Assembly (NCBI RefSeq): GCF_043950625.1 | Contig: NZ_CP171007.1 | DNA from: Alkanindiges sp. WGS2144 | GTDB taxonomy: Bacteria > Pseudomonadota > Gammaproteobacteria > Pseudomonadales > Moraxellaceae | Direction: 5' to 3' (one strand) | Length of the DNA stretch: 32,000 bases | Part shown: positions 17,215-27,260 of the stretch, in pieces | How positions within the stretch are numbered: position 1 is the stretch's first letter | Layout: each line of letters opens with the position of its first letter | The notes under the pieces: generated by a model | Database searches by the model: none | What the model saw: the letters and a program-made list of their open reading frames with translations, nothing else | Told to the model about the DNA's origin: nothing | Made by a program: the position numbers and the translations under genes

Positions 17215-17973
17215 ATGAAAAAACTGACACTTGCAGCAGCCTTACTGGCATCTCTGGGCATGACCGCTGCACATGCATACCAAACTGAAGTGGGCGCTGA
17301 CTATAACTATATCGACTATGATAATGGTGGTAGCGGTGATCAGTTCGGCATCGATGGTACTTATTATTTTAACCCGGTAACTGATAACAACGTCCCACTG
17401 GCCGAAGCTGGTTTTATGAACCGTGCCAGTAATGCCAAATTACGTGCCAGCTTTGCAGATAATGACAATACCGATGTGAGCGATATTGGTATTGGCGCAG
17501 AATACTTCGTACCAGATACTGACTTTTATTTATCCGGTGAAGTGGCCCGGGTGGATGTAGATCGAGATTTTGGCAGTGATTTTGACTATACCCGTTATGC
17601 AGCCGAAGTAGGTTACCTGCCTGCACCTAACTTTTTGATTGCTGCTGGTCTGGTAGGTTCAAAAGTTGACGGTGATAACTCTACTGATCCTTCTATCCGT
17701 GCCAAATATGTAACCCGTGTGGGGGAGCACGACTGGAACTTTGAAGCTGGCGGTGTATTTGGCGACCAGGATCGTTACAATCTGGCTGCTGACTACTATG
17801 TTGACCCAACCTTTAGTGTGGGTGCCCAGTATGTCAACGACGACCTTAATGATCGTGATGACTTTGGTATCCGGGCGCGTAAGTTCTTTAACCAGCAGGT
17901 GAGCTTGGAAGGAAACTTGGGCTTTGGTGATAATGCCAATACCTTTGGCCTGCGTGGTACTTATCGCTTCTAG
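17215..17973 (+). CDS. Outer-membrane beta-barrel protein, Omp33-36-like putative porin (paralog 1)
   Basis: Start at MKKLTLAAALLASLGMTAAHA/YQTEV, with GGAG 8 nt upstream. Blocks shared with paralog 2 and with my memory of Acinetobacter Omp33-36: AYQ.E, YF.NPV......PLAE..F, GAE(Y/F).(V/I)P, D(P)..(T/S)IRAKY(V/L)T, FGD, DYY.D.TFSVGA, terminal ...LRF/YRF. Confidence 0.75.
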   Translation: MKKLTLAAALLASLGMTAAHAYQTEVGADYNYIDYDNGGSGDQFGIDGTYYFNPVTDNNVPLAEAGFMNRASNAKLRASFADNDNTDVSDIGIGAEYFVPDTDFYLSGEVARVDVDRDFGSDFDYTRYAAEVGYLPAPNFLIAAGLVGSKVDGDNSTDPSIRAKYVTRVGEHDWNFEAGGVFGDQDRYNLAADYYVDPTFSVGAQYVNDDLNDRDDFGIRARKFFNQQVSLEGNLGFGDNANTFGLRGTYRF

Positions 17974-17990
17974 TTATTTGCCTGTGCGAT

Positions 17991-18021
17991 AAAACCATCT
18001 GCCTGTGCAGATGGTTTTTTT
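17991..18021 (+). terminator. Rho-independent terminator of porin paralog 1
   Basis: AAAACCATCTGC-ctgt-GCAGATGGTTTTttt: a 9 bp core stem with A/T extension and a T-run. Confidence 0.75.
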
Positions 18022-18108
18022 AGAAGGTGAAGGCTCAAAAACCTGAGCTATATAATGTACTTACCATAAGATCATTTAAAAATTATAATATTAAATTTGT
18101 TACAAAAT

Positions 18109-18136
18109 TTGACAAAAAATAAATGCCATGTATGAT
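18109..18136 (+). promoter_or_regulatory. Putative sigma70 promoter of porin paralog 2: -35 TTGACA (18109..18114), 16-nt spacer, -10 TATGAT (18131..18136)
   Basis: Read directly. The -35 is a perfect match and the -10 matches 5 of 6. The predicted start near 18143 falls on the TGTAACAAA box. Confidence 0.5.
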
Positions 18137-18182
18137 TGCAAATGTAACAAAACATTTATTTGTTAATTTTCTGGGGGATGTA

Positions 18183-19055
18183 ATGAAAAAATTAGTAATG
18201 AGCACTGCGATTGTAGCAGCTATGCTAGCCACTACCGCACAAGCTTATCAAAATGAGGCTACCGGTACTATTTCCTATGCCCATAGCAAAGACAAAGCGT
18301 GGAGCGATAATAACGAAGCAGCAGCTATTGGCGGAAGTTTTACCTACTTTCTTAATCCTGTTGAAAACAAGCGCGGCCCGCTAGCTGAAGATGCTTTTAC
18401 CACGCAAACCAGCAATATCACAGTAGCTTATAGCTATGCTCAAGGTGCTAGTGATCTGGATGATGTCAAGGCTCATGTGTTTGGTGGTGGTGCTGAATTT
18501 TATATTCCCAGCAGTGCATTAGGCCTAGGTAACACAACCCTGTATGCAGCTGCTGCTATCGGTCGTCCCAAGTTTGAAGGCGACAACAGTAATGTTTATG
18601 GTTATGGTGCTGAGATTGGTTTCTTCCCAATGCAGGATCTGCTGTTAACTGCTGGGGTCGTAGGTAACGGTAACGCAGGCAAGGATAACGATCCTAATGC
18701 GACTATTCGTGCTAAATATCTAACCCAGCTGGACGCTAATTTCGTCAATACTGAAGCATCTATTGTGTTTGGCGATCATCACAACACCTTGTATCAAGCC
18801 AGTGCCGACTACTACCTGGACAATACCTTTAGTGTAGGAGCTGGTTTTGCTTATGCTTCCCTACGTGGTGGTAAAGATCCATATGCCATCAATATTAATG
18901 CACGCAAGTTTGTAGCGGAAAACCTAAGTCTGCAAGGTGGTATCAGCTATGGCAAGGGCATGGTAGATGCTCAAGAGGGAGTATTTGAAGGTATTGTTGC
19001 TGATGTACGTGATAATGCTGTTGGCGTAAATTTAGGCGCAACCTTACGCTTCTAA
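18183..19055 (+). CDS. Outer-membrane beta-barrel protein, Omp33-36-like putative porin (paralog 2)
   Basis: Start at MKKLVMSTAIVAAMLATTAQA/YQNEA, with GGGGGA upstream. It shares the family blocks of paralog 1 and is clearly diverged from it by eye. It ends ...GATLRF. Confidence 0.75.
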   Translation: MKKLVMSTAIVAAMLATTAQAYQNEATGTISYAHSKDKAWSDNNEAAAIGGSFTYFLNPVENKRGPLAEDAFTTQTSNITVAYSYAQGASDLDDVKAHVFGGGAEFYIPSSALGLGNTTLYAAAAIGRPKFEGDNSNVYGYGAEIGFFPMQDLLLTAGVVGNGNAGKDNDPNATIRAKYLTQLDANFVNTEASIVFGDHHNTLYQASADYYLDNTFSVGAGFAYASLRGGKDPYAININARKFVAENLSLQGGISYGKGMVDAQEGVFEGIVADVRDNAVGVNLGATLRF

Positions 19056-19070
19056 GCTTCGAGACCATTA

Positions 19071-19105
19071 AAAAACCGCTGGCTCAATATACTAGCGGTT
19101 TTTTT
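19071..19105 (+). terminator. Rho-independent terminator of porin paralog 2 (convergent with recJ)
   Basis: AAAAACCGCT-13 nt loop-AGCGGTTTTTtt. The loop is rather long, so confidence is moderate. Confidence 0.55.
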
Positions 19106-19191
19106 ATACCTTATTTTTAGCGCAATTTTTAAAGCTTGCTATAAAGGCTGATTTAACCTGTCTCTTGCTACTGTATTTCTGGAAAACTCTT

Positions 19192-20913
19192 TCAAGCCAT
19201 CACCTGCAATTGCTGCACCAGCAGCTGCAAACGTTGTCTGCCTTGGTATTCATTAATATCCAACTGGTAAGCCAGATGAACTCGCTTAATCGGCTGATCC
19301 AGACCAAGCTGACCCGCCACTTTAAAAGCAATGGCTTCCAGCATAGGCTGATGCGGGTTTTTAAGCTTCAGGCGCAAGTGCTGCTCCTGTAGCCAGCGAT
19401 ACTCCAGTACATCAAACTGCCCTTCAAATACCGGCGCTGGAAAACCCTGTCCCCAGGGACCAGCCTGCGCAAGTTCCTGTGCCGTTTCCAGGCTGAAATC
19501 ATGTCCAGTCAGCTCGCCATCCGTGAGCAGCACCGCCTGAAATAAAGCCTCGTCATGCTGGGCAATTACTTGCTGGAACCGTTCGGTAAATTCTGCAAAG
19601 TGTTGGTGAGGCAAGGTTAAGCCTGCTGCCATGGCATGCCCACCAAAATGACTAATCAGCTCAGGATATTGCTCTGCCACCCGTTCAATGGCGTCACGAA
19701 TATGAATCCCTTCAATAGAGCGTGCCGACCCTTTGATGAATACACCATCTTCACTGGGCGCAAATACAATGGCAGGACGGTGAAACTGCTCCTTTAAACG
19801 GCCAGCCACAATGCCAATTACGCCCTGATGCCAGCCTGGCTCAAACAATACAATGGCTGGCGGAATATCCTGCAATTGTGAGTAGCGACTACTTTCTAGC
19901 AGGCTTAAAGCCTCCTGTTTCATGTGTGCTTCCACCCGGCGGCGTTCACGGTTGAGCGTATCCAGCTGCTGCGCCAGCGGCCAGGCTTCTTCAAAGGTAC
20001 CAGCTAACAGGCATTCGATCCCAATACGCATATTGTCCATGCGTCCTGCAGCGTTGATCCGCGGACCAATCACAAATCCCAAATCCTGCGGACTAATTTT
20101 GTAGGCCTCACGCCCCGCAATCTCAAGTAAGGCCAAAATACCGGGCCGACAAGCACCCTGCCGGATTCTTTCAATGCCAGCAGCCACCAAAATGCGGTTG
20201 TTATAGTCCAGTTGCGCAACATCAGCCACTGTTCCTACCGCCACAATGTCCAGATACTGCGCCATAGTGGCACTGGCTTTATCCTGTTGTTTACGCTGCG
20301 TGGATAATGCTGCCAATATATAAAAAGCCACCCCTACTCCTGCCAATGCCTTGCTGGCAAAACAGCAGTCCGGCTGGTTAGGGTTAACCACAGCTGCACA
20401 TACTGGCGGCGACTTGGTGGTTAGGTGATGGTCGGTAATAATCACTGCAATATTGGCGGCATGTGCTGCCTCTACGCCAGCATGACTAGAAATGCCATTA
20501 TCTACGGTAACAATCAGCTCAGGTTGATAGTTCTGGATAGCCAGCTCAACAATTTCAGGAGTTAAGCCATAACCATATTTAAAACGATCCGGCACCAGAT
20601 AATTAACCTGGGCGCCCATTTGCCGCAAGGCCAGCACCATTAAAGCAGTGCTGGTAGCGCCATCAGCATCAAAATCACCCACAATTAAAATACGGGTTTG
20701 CTGGTCAATGGCCTGATCCAGTAGATCTACAGCCTGTGCCAGATCCTTTAATTGCCGGGCGGGAAGTAACCGGCTGAGCTTAAGCTCCAGCTGCTCAGGT
20801 GCGTGTAAGCCACGGGCAGCATATAGCCGCGCCAATATCGGAGAAACATGCCCGGCCAATTGCTCGGCAGCAGGTGGGCAGGAACGTGTCACAAGTTGAT
20901 AAGTGCAGGGCAT
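19192..20913 (-). CDS. recJ: Single-stranded-DNA-specific 5'-3' exonuclease RecJ
   Basis: 573 aa. Collinear with my memory of E. coli RecJ: GDFDADGATSTAL, VPDRF.YGYGL, TVDNGISSH.GVE, ITDHH, LAGVGVAF, GTVADV..LD.NNRIL, GPR.NAAGR, FGGHAMAAGL, AYKLDINE-type C-terminus. Confidence 0.95.
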   Translation of the reverse strand: MPCTYQLVTRSCPPAAEQLAGHVSPILARLYAARGLHAPEQLELKLSRLLPARQLKDLAQAVDLLDQAIDQQTRILIVGDFDADGATSTALMVLALRQMGAQVNYLVPDRFKYGYGLTPEIVELAIQNYQPELIVTVDNGISSHAGVEAAHAANIAVIITDHHLTTKSPPVCAAVVNPNQPDCCFASKALAGVGVAFYILAALSTQRKQQDKASATMAQYLDIVAVGTVADVAQLDYNNRILVAAGIERIRQGACRPGILALLEIAGREAYKISPQDLGFVIGPRINAAGRMDNMRIGIECLLAGTFEEAWPLAQQLDTLNRERRRVEAHMKQEALSLLESSRYSQLQDIPPAIVLFEPGWHQGVIGIVAGRLKEQFHRPAIVFAPSEDGVFIKGSARSIEGIHIRDAIERVAEQYPELISHFGGHAMAAGLTLPHQHFAEFTERFQQVIAQHDEALFQAVLLTDGELTGHDFSLETAQELAQAGPWGQGFPAPVFEGQFDVLEYRWLQEQHLRLKLKNPHQPMLEAIAFKVAGQLGLDQPIKRVHLAYQLDINEYQGRQRLQLLVQQLQVMA

Positions 20914-21181
20914 ACAGCAGCAAAATCAGGAACTAGAAAATAAGGTCTATCATAACATCATTCAGGCTTTGTACGGCGCTATACACGGCACGCCATTCTG
21001 GTAGGAAAAGTTGCCAGATAACATCAATGTATTGCAAAATTTTGAGAAGTTGAAAAACAAAATTTTTTATTTTCGCGACTTAAAGCAAGCATCCTTGCAT
21101 GGCTGTGCTACTCATACGCCTGGGTATATGAAATATGTATCGTAAAGCGTCGTAAGATGGAGCGATTCTGCTTATTCTTGC

Positions 21182-21841
21182 TCAAGGCATAAGCCGGTCA
21201 ATGCGCCAACCCGTATCGCTAGTGTCATCCCTAACATAACGCAAGCGGTCATGCAAACGGTTAGGCCGACCCTGCCAAAACTCATAATACGTTGGCTTTA
21301 GGCAGTAACCTCCCCAGAATCTGGGTTTTTCAATATAGGATATATGCTGCAATTGCTGGCTTAGCGCGGCAAAACGTTGCTCCAATAGCTCACGGCTCTC
21401 AATGACCCCACTTTGTGGCGTGCTGATATGCGCTGCAATCTGGCTGTCACGCGGACGCTTATGATAGTAATCGCTGGATTCCTGTTCGCTGATCTGATAA
21501 ACCTGACCATGGATTCGTACCTGCTGCTCCAGCGCTGGCCAGAAAAACAGCAATTCCGCATAGGGATTAGCAGTCAAGTCATGTCCTTTTTGACTGTCAT
21601 AATTGGTGTAAAAATAAAAGCCTGTTTCATCTGCACCACGCAGCAGCACGGTACGCGCATGGGGTCGACCATGACCATCTGCGGTAGCCAGCGTCATGGC
21701 ATAAGGCTCACTGACCTGTGCCTCAAGCGCGTCATCCAGCCATTTTAAAAACTGGGTTAAAGGATCAGCTGTTAAATTCTCAACCTGCAAGCTACCTTTG
21801 CCATAGTTTTGTCTTAACTCGCTTAAATCCTTAATGCTCAT
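21182..21841 (-). CDS. pdxH: Pyridoxamine/pyridoxine 5'-phosphate oxidase
   Basis: 219 aa with AGGAAAG SD. Motifs: P...F..W..., A..LAT.D..G.P.AR.VLL.G.D..GF.F.TNY.S.KG, E.W.GR..RLHDR..Y, W...RL.P. Confidence 0.9.
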   Translation of the reverse strand: MSIKDLSELRQNYGKGSLQVENLTADPLTQFLKWLDDALEAQVSEPYAMTLATADGHGRPHARTVLLRGADETGFYFYTNYDSQKGHDLTANPYAELLFFWPALEQQVRIHGQVYQISEQESSDYYHKRPRDSQIAAHISTPQSGVIESRELLEQRFAALSQQLQHISYIEKPRFWGGYCLKPTYYEFWQGRPNRLHDRLRYVRDDTSDTGWRIDRLMP

Positions 21842-21885
21842 GGTCTTTCCTGCTGCTGTTTGACAATAAACTGCGGCTATTCAAG

Positions 21886-23223
21886 TTAGGCCGCCATGGC
21901 ATGCTGGCGGATTAATTCGGCCAGTTCATTAGCCAGTTGGTCGACCAATTGCTGACTTTCACCTTCCACCATGACCCGGATCACCGGCTCTGTACCAGAT
22001 TTTCGAATCAGTAAACGTCCATGACCAGCCAACTGCTGCTCGGCCTGGCTAAACGCCTGACTTAACACCGGATCATCAAACGGATCAATCATTTGTTGCA
22101 AACGCACATTGACCAGTGCCTGCGGTAAAATACTTAAACCTTCGGTTAGTTCATGCAGGGATTTTTGCTGTGCAACCATTTGTGCCAGCACCTGCAACCC
22201 ACAAATTAGTGCATCACCAGTTGTGCTTTTATCCAGACATAAAATATGGCCGGATGGTTCGCCACCCACCTGCCAGCCGGAACTTTCCAGGTCAGCCATC
22301 ACATAGCGATCACCCACCTTGGCACGTTTGAAGGCAATATTACGGGCTTTGAGTGCCAGCTCCAGCCCCATATTACTCATGAGCGTGCCCACCACGCCAT
22401 CTATCTGTAAGCCACTCTGTGTCGCCAGAATGTATAAAATGGCATCCCCATCTACCAGCCTACCATCACGATTTACCATGATCACCCGGTCAGCATCGCC
22501 ATCCAGCGCAATGCCAACATCGGCCTGATGCGCAAGTACCGCCTGCTGCAAGCTTTCCGGATGGGTAGAACCGCATTGCTCATTAATATTAAAACCATCC
22601 GGCTGATTATGCAGCGCAATGACAGTCGCACCCAGTTCACGCAATATGGCAGGTGCCACCAGATATCCCGCGCCATTAGCGCAATCAACTACAATCTTGA
22701 GGCTTTTAAGGTTTAAATGATAAGGAAAACTGGACTTGCAGAACTCAATATAACGGCCATCAGCATCTTTAATACGATAGCTTTTGCCTAACTGATCCGG
22801 CGCAGTAATTTCAATAGGCTTTGCAAGTTGCTCACTAATTGCATTTTGCAGCGCATCGGGCAGTTTTTTGCCCTCACCGGAAAAAAACTTGATGCCATTA
22901 TCATAATAAGGGTTGTGCGATGCTGAAATAACAATACCTGCATCAGCATGAAAGGCGCGAGTCAAATGCGCAATAGCGGGTGTTGGCAACGGCCCCAGGA
23001 GTAATACATCCACGCCAGCAGCATTTAAACCAGCCTGCAATGCCGCTTCCAGCACATAACCAGACAAGCGGGTATCCTTACCCATAATGACTTTAGCCTG
23101 CCCATTTTTGGCTTGACTGGCAAATACACGTCCAGCAGCAAAGCCAAGTTTTAGGGCAAACTCAGGAGTAATCGGGTCTTCGCCAAATTTTCCGCGAATG
23201 CCATCCGTACCAAAGTGGTTCAT
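21886..23223 (-). CDS. glmM: Phosphoglucosamine mutase
   Basis: Start taken at [14 protein letters not shown]; the ORF-track start at 23259 adds 12 residues. The active-site motif ISASHNP, the Mg site DGDADR, and the GEPSGH and RKSGTEP..RVM.EG blocks are present. Confidence 0.95.
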   Translation of the reverse strand: MNHFGTDGIRGKFGEDPITPEFALKLGFAAGRVFASQAKNGQAKVIMGKDTRLSGYVLEAALQAGLNAAGVDVLLLGPLPTPAIAHLTRAFHADAGIVISASHNPYYDNGIKFFSGEGKKLPDALQNAISEQLAKPIEITAPDQLGKSYRIKDADGRYIEFCKSSFPYHLNLKSLKIVVDCANGAGYLVAPAILRELGATVIALHNQPDGFNINEQCGSTHPESLQQAVLAHQADVGIALDGDADRVIMVNRDGRLVDGDAILYILATQSGLQIDGVVGTLMSNMGLELALKARNIAFKRAKVGDRYVMADLESSGWQVGGEPSGHILCLDKSTTGDALICGLQVLAQMVAQQKSLHELTEGLSILPQALVNVRLQQMIDPFDDPVLSQAFSQAEQQLAGHGRLLIRKSGTEPVIRVMVEGESQQLVDQLANELAELIRQHAMAA

Positions 23224-23326
23224 TTTTTTCTCACTACGATTATCTGATGCTATCAGCATCGAGTAGATTAAAGCAAAGTTTACTCACTTCTTTTAGAGTT
23301 TTGTAAGACAGCTACCATAGCCTATT

Positions 23327-23352
23327 AAAAAGCCGCCAGAATCATTGACGGC
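23327..23352 (-). terminator. Rho-independent terminator of guaB
   Basis: The minus strand reads GCCGTCA-atgattc-TGGCGGCttttt: a 7-bp stem with one G-U pair, then T5. Confidence 0.65.
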
Positions 23353-23380
23353 TTTTCTAAAACCAGCTTAAAACCTGGGC

Positions 23381-24877
<1,497 letters not shown>

Positions 24878-24960
24878 TTATACCTGAAAAACAAGTATAA
24901 ACGCGACGGCATTTGTGCCTGACGCTTATTTATCGCAATTTATATATGCGCTGTTTTCAC

Positions 24961-25320
24961 TCAGGACGCTTCAGGTACAGGCGCTATATTTATCAGTGCA
25001 ATACGGTTTAAAGGCACAAATCCATGCCTTAATCGTGCTCTATTGCACTTATCATCACCGGCTTGTACTTCCTTACAGGCTTCGGGGCGCTGGGCATAGA
25101 TGCTGCAACTCACCTGCTGACCCAGCTCGCCTTCCAGACACTGGCAGCGTGGTTTAGCCTGGTTAGTGCCTCTCATACAGCTAAAAAAATGGTTCACCTG
25201 CTCGGTCAGCGCCACGGGCAAACCCTTGGCCTCGCTCTCAGCCCAGTAAAATGACACCCGAAAATGGGCACAACAGGCACCACACGTTAGACAGGGATTG
25301 GATACAGTGGAATCGCTCAT
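24961..25320 (-). CDS. YkgJ-family (UPF0153) cysteine-cluster protein
   Basis: Start taken at MSDSTVSNP. It has the N-terminal CxxCxxCC motif (CLTCGACC) and later Cys pairs (C.C...C.IY..RP..C). Confidence 0.65.
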   Translation of the reverse strand: MSDSTVSNPCLTCGACCAHFRVSFYWAESEAKGLPVALTEQVNHFFSCMRGTNQAKPRCQCLEGELGQQVSCSIYAQRPEACKEVQAGDDKCNRARLRHGFVPLNRIALINIAPVPEAS

Positions 25321-25530
25321 GATGAATGCCAGCCCGGCCTGAGTAGATGACAAATAAAGACATGCCACTTTTTAAGCAGCAAAAAATCTTAAAAAAATTT
25401 ATTTTTATCGTCAATTTCTATAAATAAGAATGTTGCTGGATTTTATTGATGATGTGAAAACCTGCTTATAAAAAACACTCATAACCCAGTAAAAGGCTGG
25501 CCTGTTGACCCGCCTTTCTGACTGACCTGC

Positions 25531-27255
25531 CTATAATAAAATACGGCGGATATCACTTAAAACAACTGTTAACGCATGGCTAAAGCGAGCCGCATCCGCA
25601 CCATTAATCACCCGGTGGTCATAGGACAATGACAATGGCAACATCAGGCGTGGCTCAAACGCCTCACCATCCCAGACCGGCTGCATGCTGGCCGGTGAAA
25701 TACCCAGAATCGCCACTTGCGGCCAGTTGACCAGTGGGGTAAATGCAGTGCCGCCAATACTACCAAGGCTGGTCACGGTAAAACTGGCACCTTGCAGTTC
25801 CTGCGGTTTAAGCTTTTTATCACGGGCTTTTTGACTTAGCTCAGTCAATTGCACCGCAATATCCCTAATGCTTAAAGTATCCGGATTGCGTAATACTGGC
25901 ACGGTCAAGCCCTCATCCGTGGCCACCGCAATTCCCATATGAATTTCATGGCGCAGCACAATGGATTTGTGATCATCGGCCAAATGGCTATTAAACATTG
26001 GCTCCTGCTTAAGCAAATGCGCCACGGCTTTAATAATAAATGCCAAAATGGTCAGGCTAATACCCTGCTGCTTATAGTCCGCTTTTAGCCCACCCCGCCA
26101 GTGCTCAAGCTCGGTAATATCCGCCAAATCAAACTGGGTCACTTGCGGAATGAAGTTGTTTAAGGATAGCTGCGGCACAGAAACCTGTTGCAGGCGGCTC
26201 ATGGTTTGCAACGTGCTGCCGCCAAATTTTTCAAAATCCGGCAAAGGGGGCTGTGAGCTGGCGGCTGGTGTAGCAGACTGCTGACACGTTGCGCCAAGCC
26301 GGCTTTTAACATACGCCAGCACGTCGTCCTTAATAATGCGCTGATTGGCCGTAGAAGGTTCTACCTGATCAAGCGCCACACCCAATTGTCGCGCCAGCTG
26401 GCGTACTGCCGGGCCAGCATAAACCTTGCTATTGGCTTCTATTTGCGCATCACTTAAGCGCTGAGCAGTTGGCAAGCCGGCCTTATTGTCTAATGCCGCA
26501 TCGTGTTCAGAACCTTCTGGCTTTTGCTCGTGCTCTGATGAGGGTTTATCAGAGGTTGGCGCCGAGTGAGTGGATTGCTGCGGTTTGGCTTTTTGTTCGG
26601 GTGGCGGCTGATTTTTTTTAAGGTCAGAGGTACTGGTATCGCTAACCTCAAGGCTTAAAATTGGCATACCCTGTTTTACCTTTTGCCCAGGCTTTAGCAA
26701 TATTTCCTGTATGATCCCTGCAAAAGGACTAGGCACCTCCACACTGGCTTTGGCAGATTCCAGCACTATCAGGCTTTGTTCTTTTTGTACTTCATCGCCT
26801 GTTTTAACCAGAATTTCTGACACTTCAGCCTCATCAACACCCAGATCCGGTACGCTCACTTGCTGAGTACCAGAGGATGCCGGACTGGTTTGATTTTCAG
26901 ATGAGGCAACAGGTCTTGCTACATCCGTATCAGACTCATCAATATTACTGTTGGCCTGCTCCGCCGCTGGTGCAGGTTGTACTGACTCATCCTCTTGTTC
27001 ATTGCCTTCCTGCTCATTAACTTCTTGCTCCTCGCCTTCCAGTTCAAATAATACATCACCCTGTTTGACGCTTTGACCCTGGGAGATCACAATCTTGCTA
27101 ATGATGCCGGCATAAGGGCTTGGCACTTCCACGCTGGCCTTGGCCGACTCCAATACCAGTAAACTTTGTTCTTTTTCAATGTTATCGCCGACATTGACCA
27201 GAATCTCGGAAACATCGGCACTGTCTACACCCAGCTCAGGGGTTTTAATTTCCAT
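25531..27255 (-). CDS. aceF: Pyruvate dehydrogenase E2, dihydrolipoamide acetyltransferase (two lipoyl domains)
   Basis: 574 aa with GAGGAG SD inside the aceE stop region. It contains two lipoyl domains (ESAKAS x2), a peripheral-subunit-binding domain (AGPAVRQLARQLGV) and a catalytic domain with SLSYDHRVINGADAARF. Confidence 0.95.
   Translation of the reverse strand: MEIKTPELGVDSADVSEILVNVGDNIEKEQSLLVLESAKASVEVPSPYAGIISKIVISQGQSVKQGDVLFELEGEEQEVNEQEGNEQEDESVQPAPAAEQANSNIDESDTDVARPVASSENQTSPASSGTQQVSVPDLGVDEAEVSEILVKTGDEVQKEQSLIVLESAKASVEVPSPFAGIIQEILLKPGQKVKQGMPILSLEVSDTSTSDLKKNQPPPEQKAKPQQSTHSAPTSDKPSSEHEQKPEGSEHDAALDNKAGLPTAQRLSDAQIEANSKVYAGPAVRQLARQLGVALDQVEPSTANQRIIKDDVLAYVKSRLGATCQQSATPAASSQPPLPDFEKFGGSTLQTMSRLQQVSVPQLSLNNFIPQVTQFDLADITELEHWRGGLKADYKQQGISLTILAFIIKAVAHLLKQEPMFNSHLADDHKSIVLRHEIHMGIAVATDEGLTVPVLRNPDTLSIRDIAVQLTELSQKARDKKLKPQELQGASFTVTSLGSIGGTAFTPLVNWPQVAILGISPASMQPVWDGEAFEPRLMLPLSLSYDHRVINGADAARFSHALTVVLSDIRRILL
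26647..27255 (-). repeat. Internal tandem duplication encoding the two lipoyl domains of AceF (aa 1-73 and 131-203, offset 390 nt)
   Basis: The protein repeats are LGVD.A.VSEILV..GD...KEQSL.VLESAKASVEVPSP.AGII. The DNA copies (about 27037..27255 and 26647..26865) are visibly similar, e.g. around the AAAGAACAAAG core. Confidence 0.7.
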
Positions 27256-27260
27256 ATTGC

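Noticed and set aside
20914-21181. 268-bp gap between recJ and pdxH, checked for a tRNA, sRNA or small gene
   Set aside because: No cloverleaf-compatible sequence, no strong terminator-bounded unit and no ORF with an SD. There is only a weak GCAAG-N4-CTTGC hairpin and A/T tracts, consistent with the pdxH 3' end and the recJ promoter.
23243-23260. Small palindrome CTGATGCTATCAGCATC about 20-35 nt upstream of the glmM start
   Set aside because: It has a 5-6 bp stem only and no known glmM leader element. It could be a minor 5'-UTR hairpin, but the evidence is too thin to call.
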